NCBI RefSeq assembly: GCF_963921235.1
Contig: NC_086097.1
Coordinates: 132,496,001 to 132,560,000 of the forward strand
Source of the DNA: Mobula hypostoma
Lineage: Eukaryota
Direction of reading: 5' to 3'
DNA length: 64,000 nucleotides
The notes under the pieces are model-generated. The model was not told where the DNA came from, ran no database searches, and saw nothing but the letters and a program-made list of their open reading frames with translations. Positions 63,747 to 64,000 of the stretch are shown here, in pieces (the stretch's first letter is position 1; each line of letters opens with the position of its first letter). A program made the position numbers and the translations under genes.

Positions 63747-64000
63747 TTCTACCTTAGGCCACAAACTTATCAATCACCCCTCTTACATTATAAACATTCT
63801 TTCTAAGAAACAACACAATTAGAATGGAAAAAGTCCATCTTAGATCAAAGTAATTAAATTCATATAATGTTGCTAAACTGTGGTGATTTGGGTGATGCAG
63901 CTAGATTCAAGAACCAAATGGTTGAAGAGAAGTAGCTGTTCTTGAACCTGGTGATGTGGGATATCTGATGTCTGTACCTCCTCCTCGATGGTAGTGGCAA

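Larger units (their letters stand above)
59894..63783. mobile_element. Mariner-type non-autonomous element split by CR1 and Rex1 insertions
   Basis: TA-flanked TIRs TGAGGGATGATTATAAGTTCCTGGCCTAAGGTAGAAGGAG (59894) and ..CTACCTTAGGCCACAAACTTATCAATCACCCCTCT-TA (to 63783). Mariner C-terminal remnant FYKEGIRMLHDRWTKCV at ~62378-62430. Confidence 0.85.

Overview
Eukaryotic, vertebrate-type genomic DNA made up largely of transposable elements. The repeat mix (CR1 LINEs, Rex1/Babar LINEs, V-SINEs, Deu-type SINEs, Penelope-like elements) suggests a cartilaginous fish, probably a ray; this is inference. No recognisable host protein-coding gene, tRNA or rRNA gene was found, so the window looks intronic or intergenic. 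Main structures: (1) a 3'-truncated Ty3/Gypsy element (minus strand) with a PNMA-like gag, a tRNA-Pro-type PBS and a candidate -1 frameshift pseudoknot. Its gag is split by a complete hAT transposon with an 8-bp TSD, which itself carries a LINE tail. (2) A solo LTR with a 4-bp TSD. (3) An R4/Dong-type fragment. (4) Young CR1 and Rex1 ORF2 fragments. (5) A mariner-type non-autonomous element with five TIR copies, split by two LINEs. (6) Several Penelope-like termini carrying minimal hammerhead ribozyme motifs, including a ~1.15-kb foldback insertion with a 13-bp TSD and one ribozyme core on each strand. Boundaries of old repeats are approximate; those backed by TSDs or TIRs were counted exactly.
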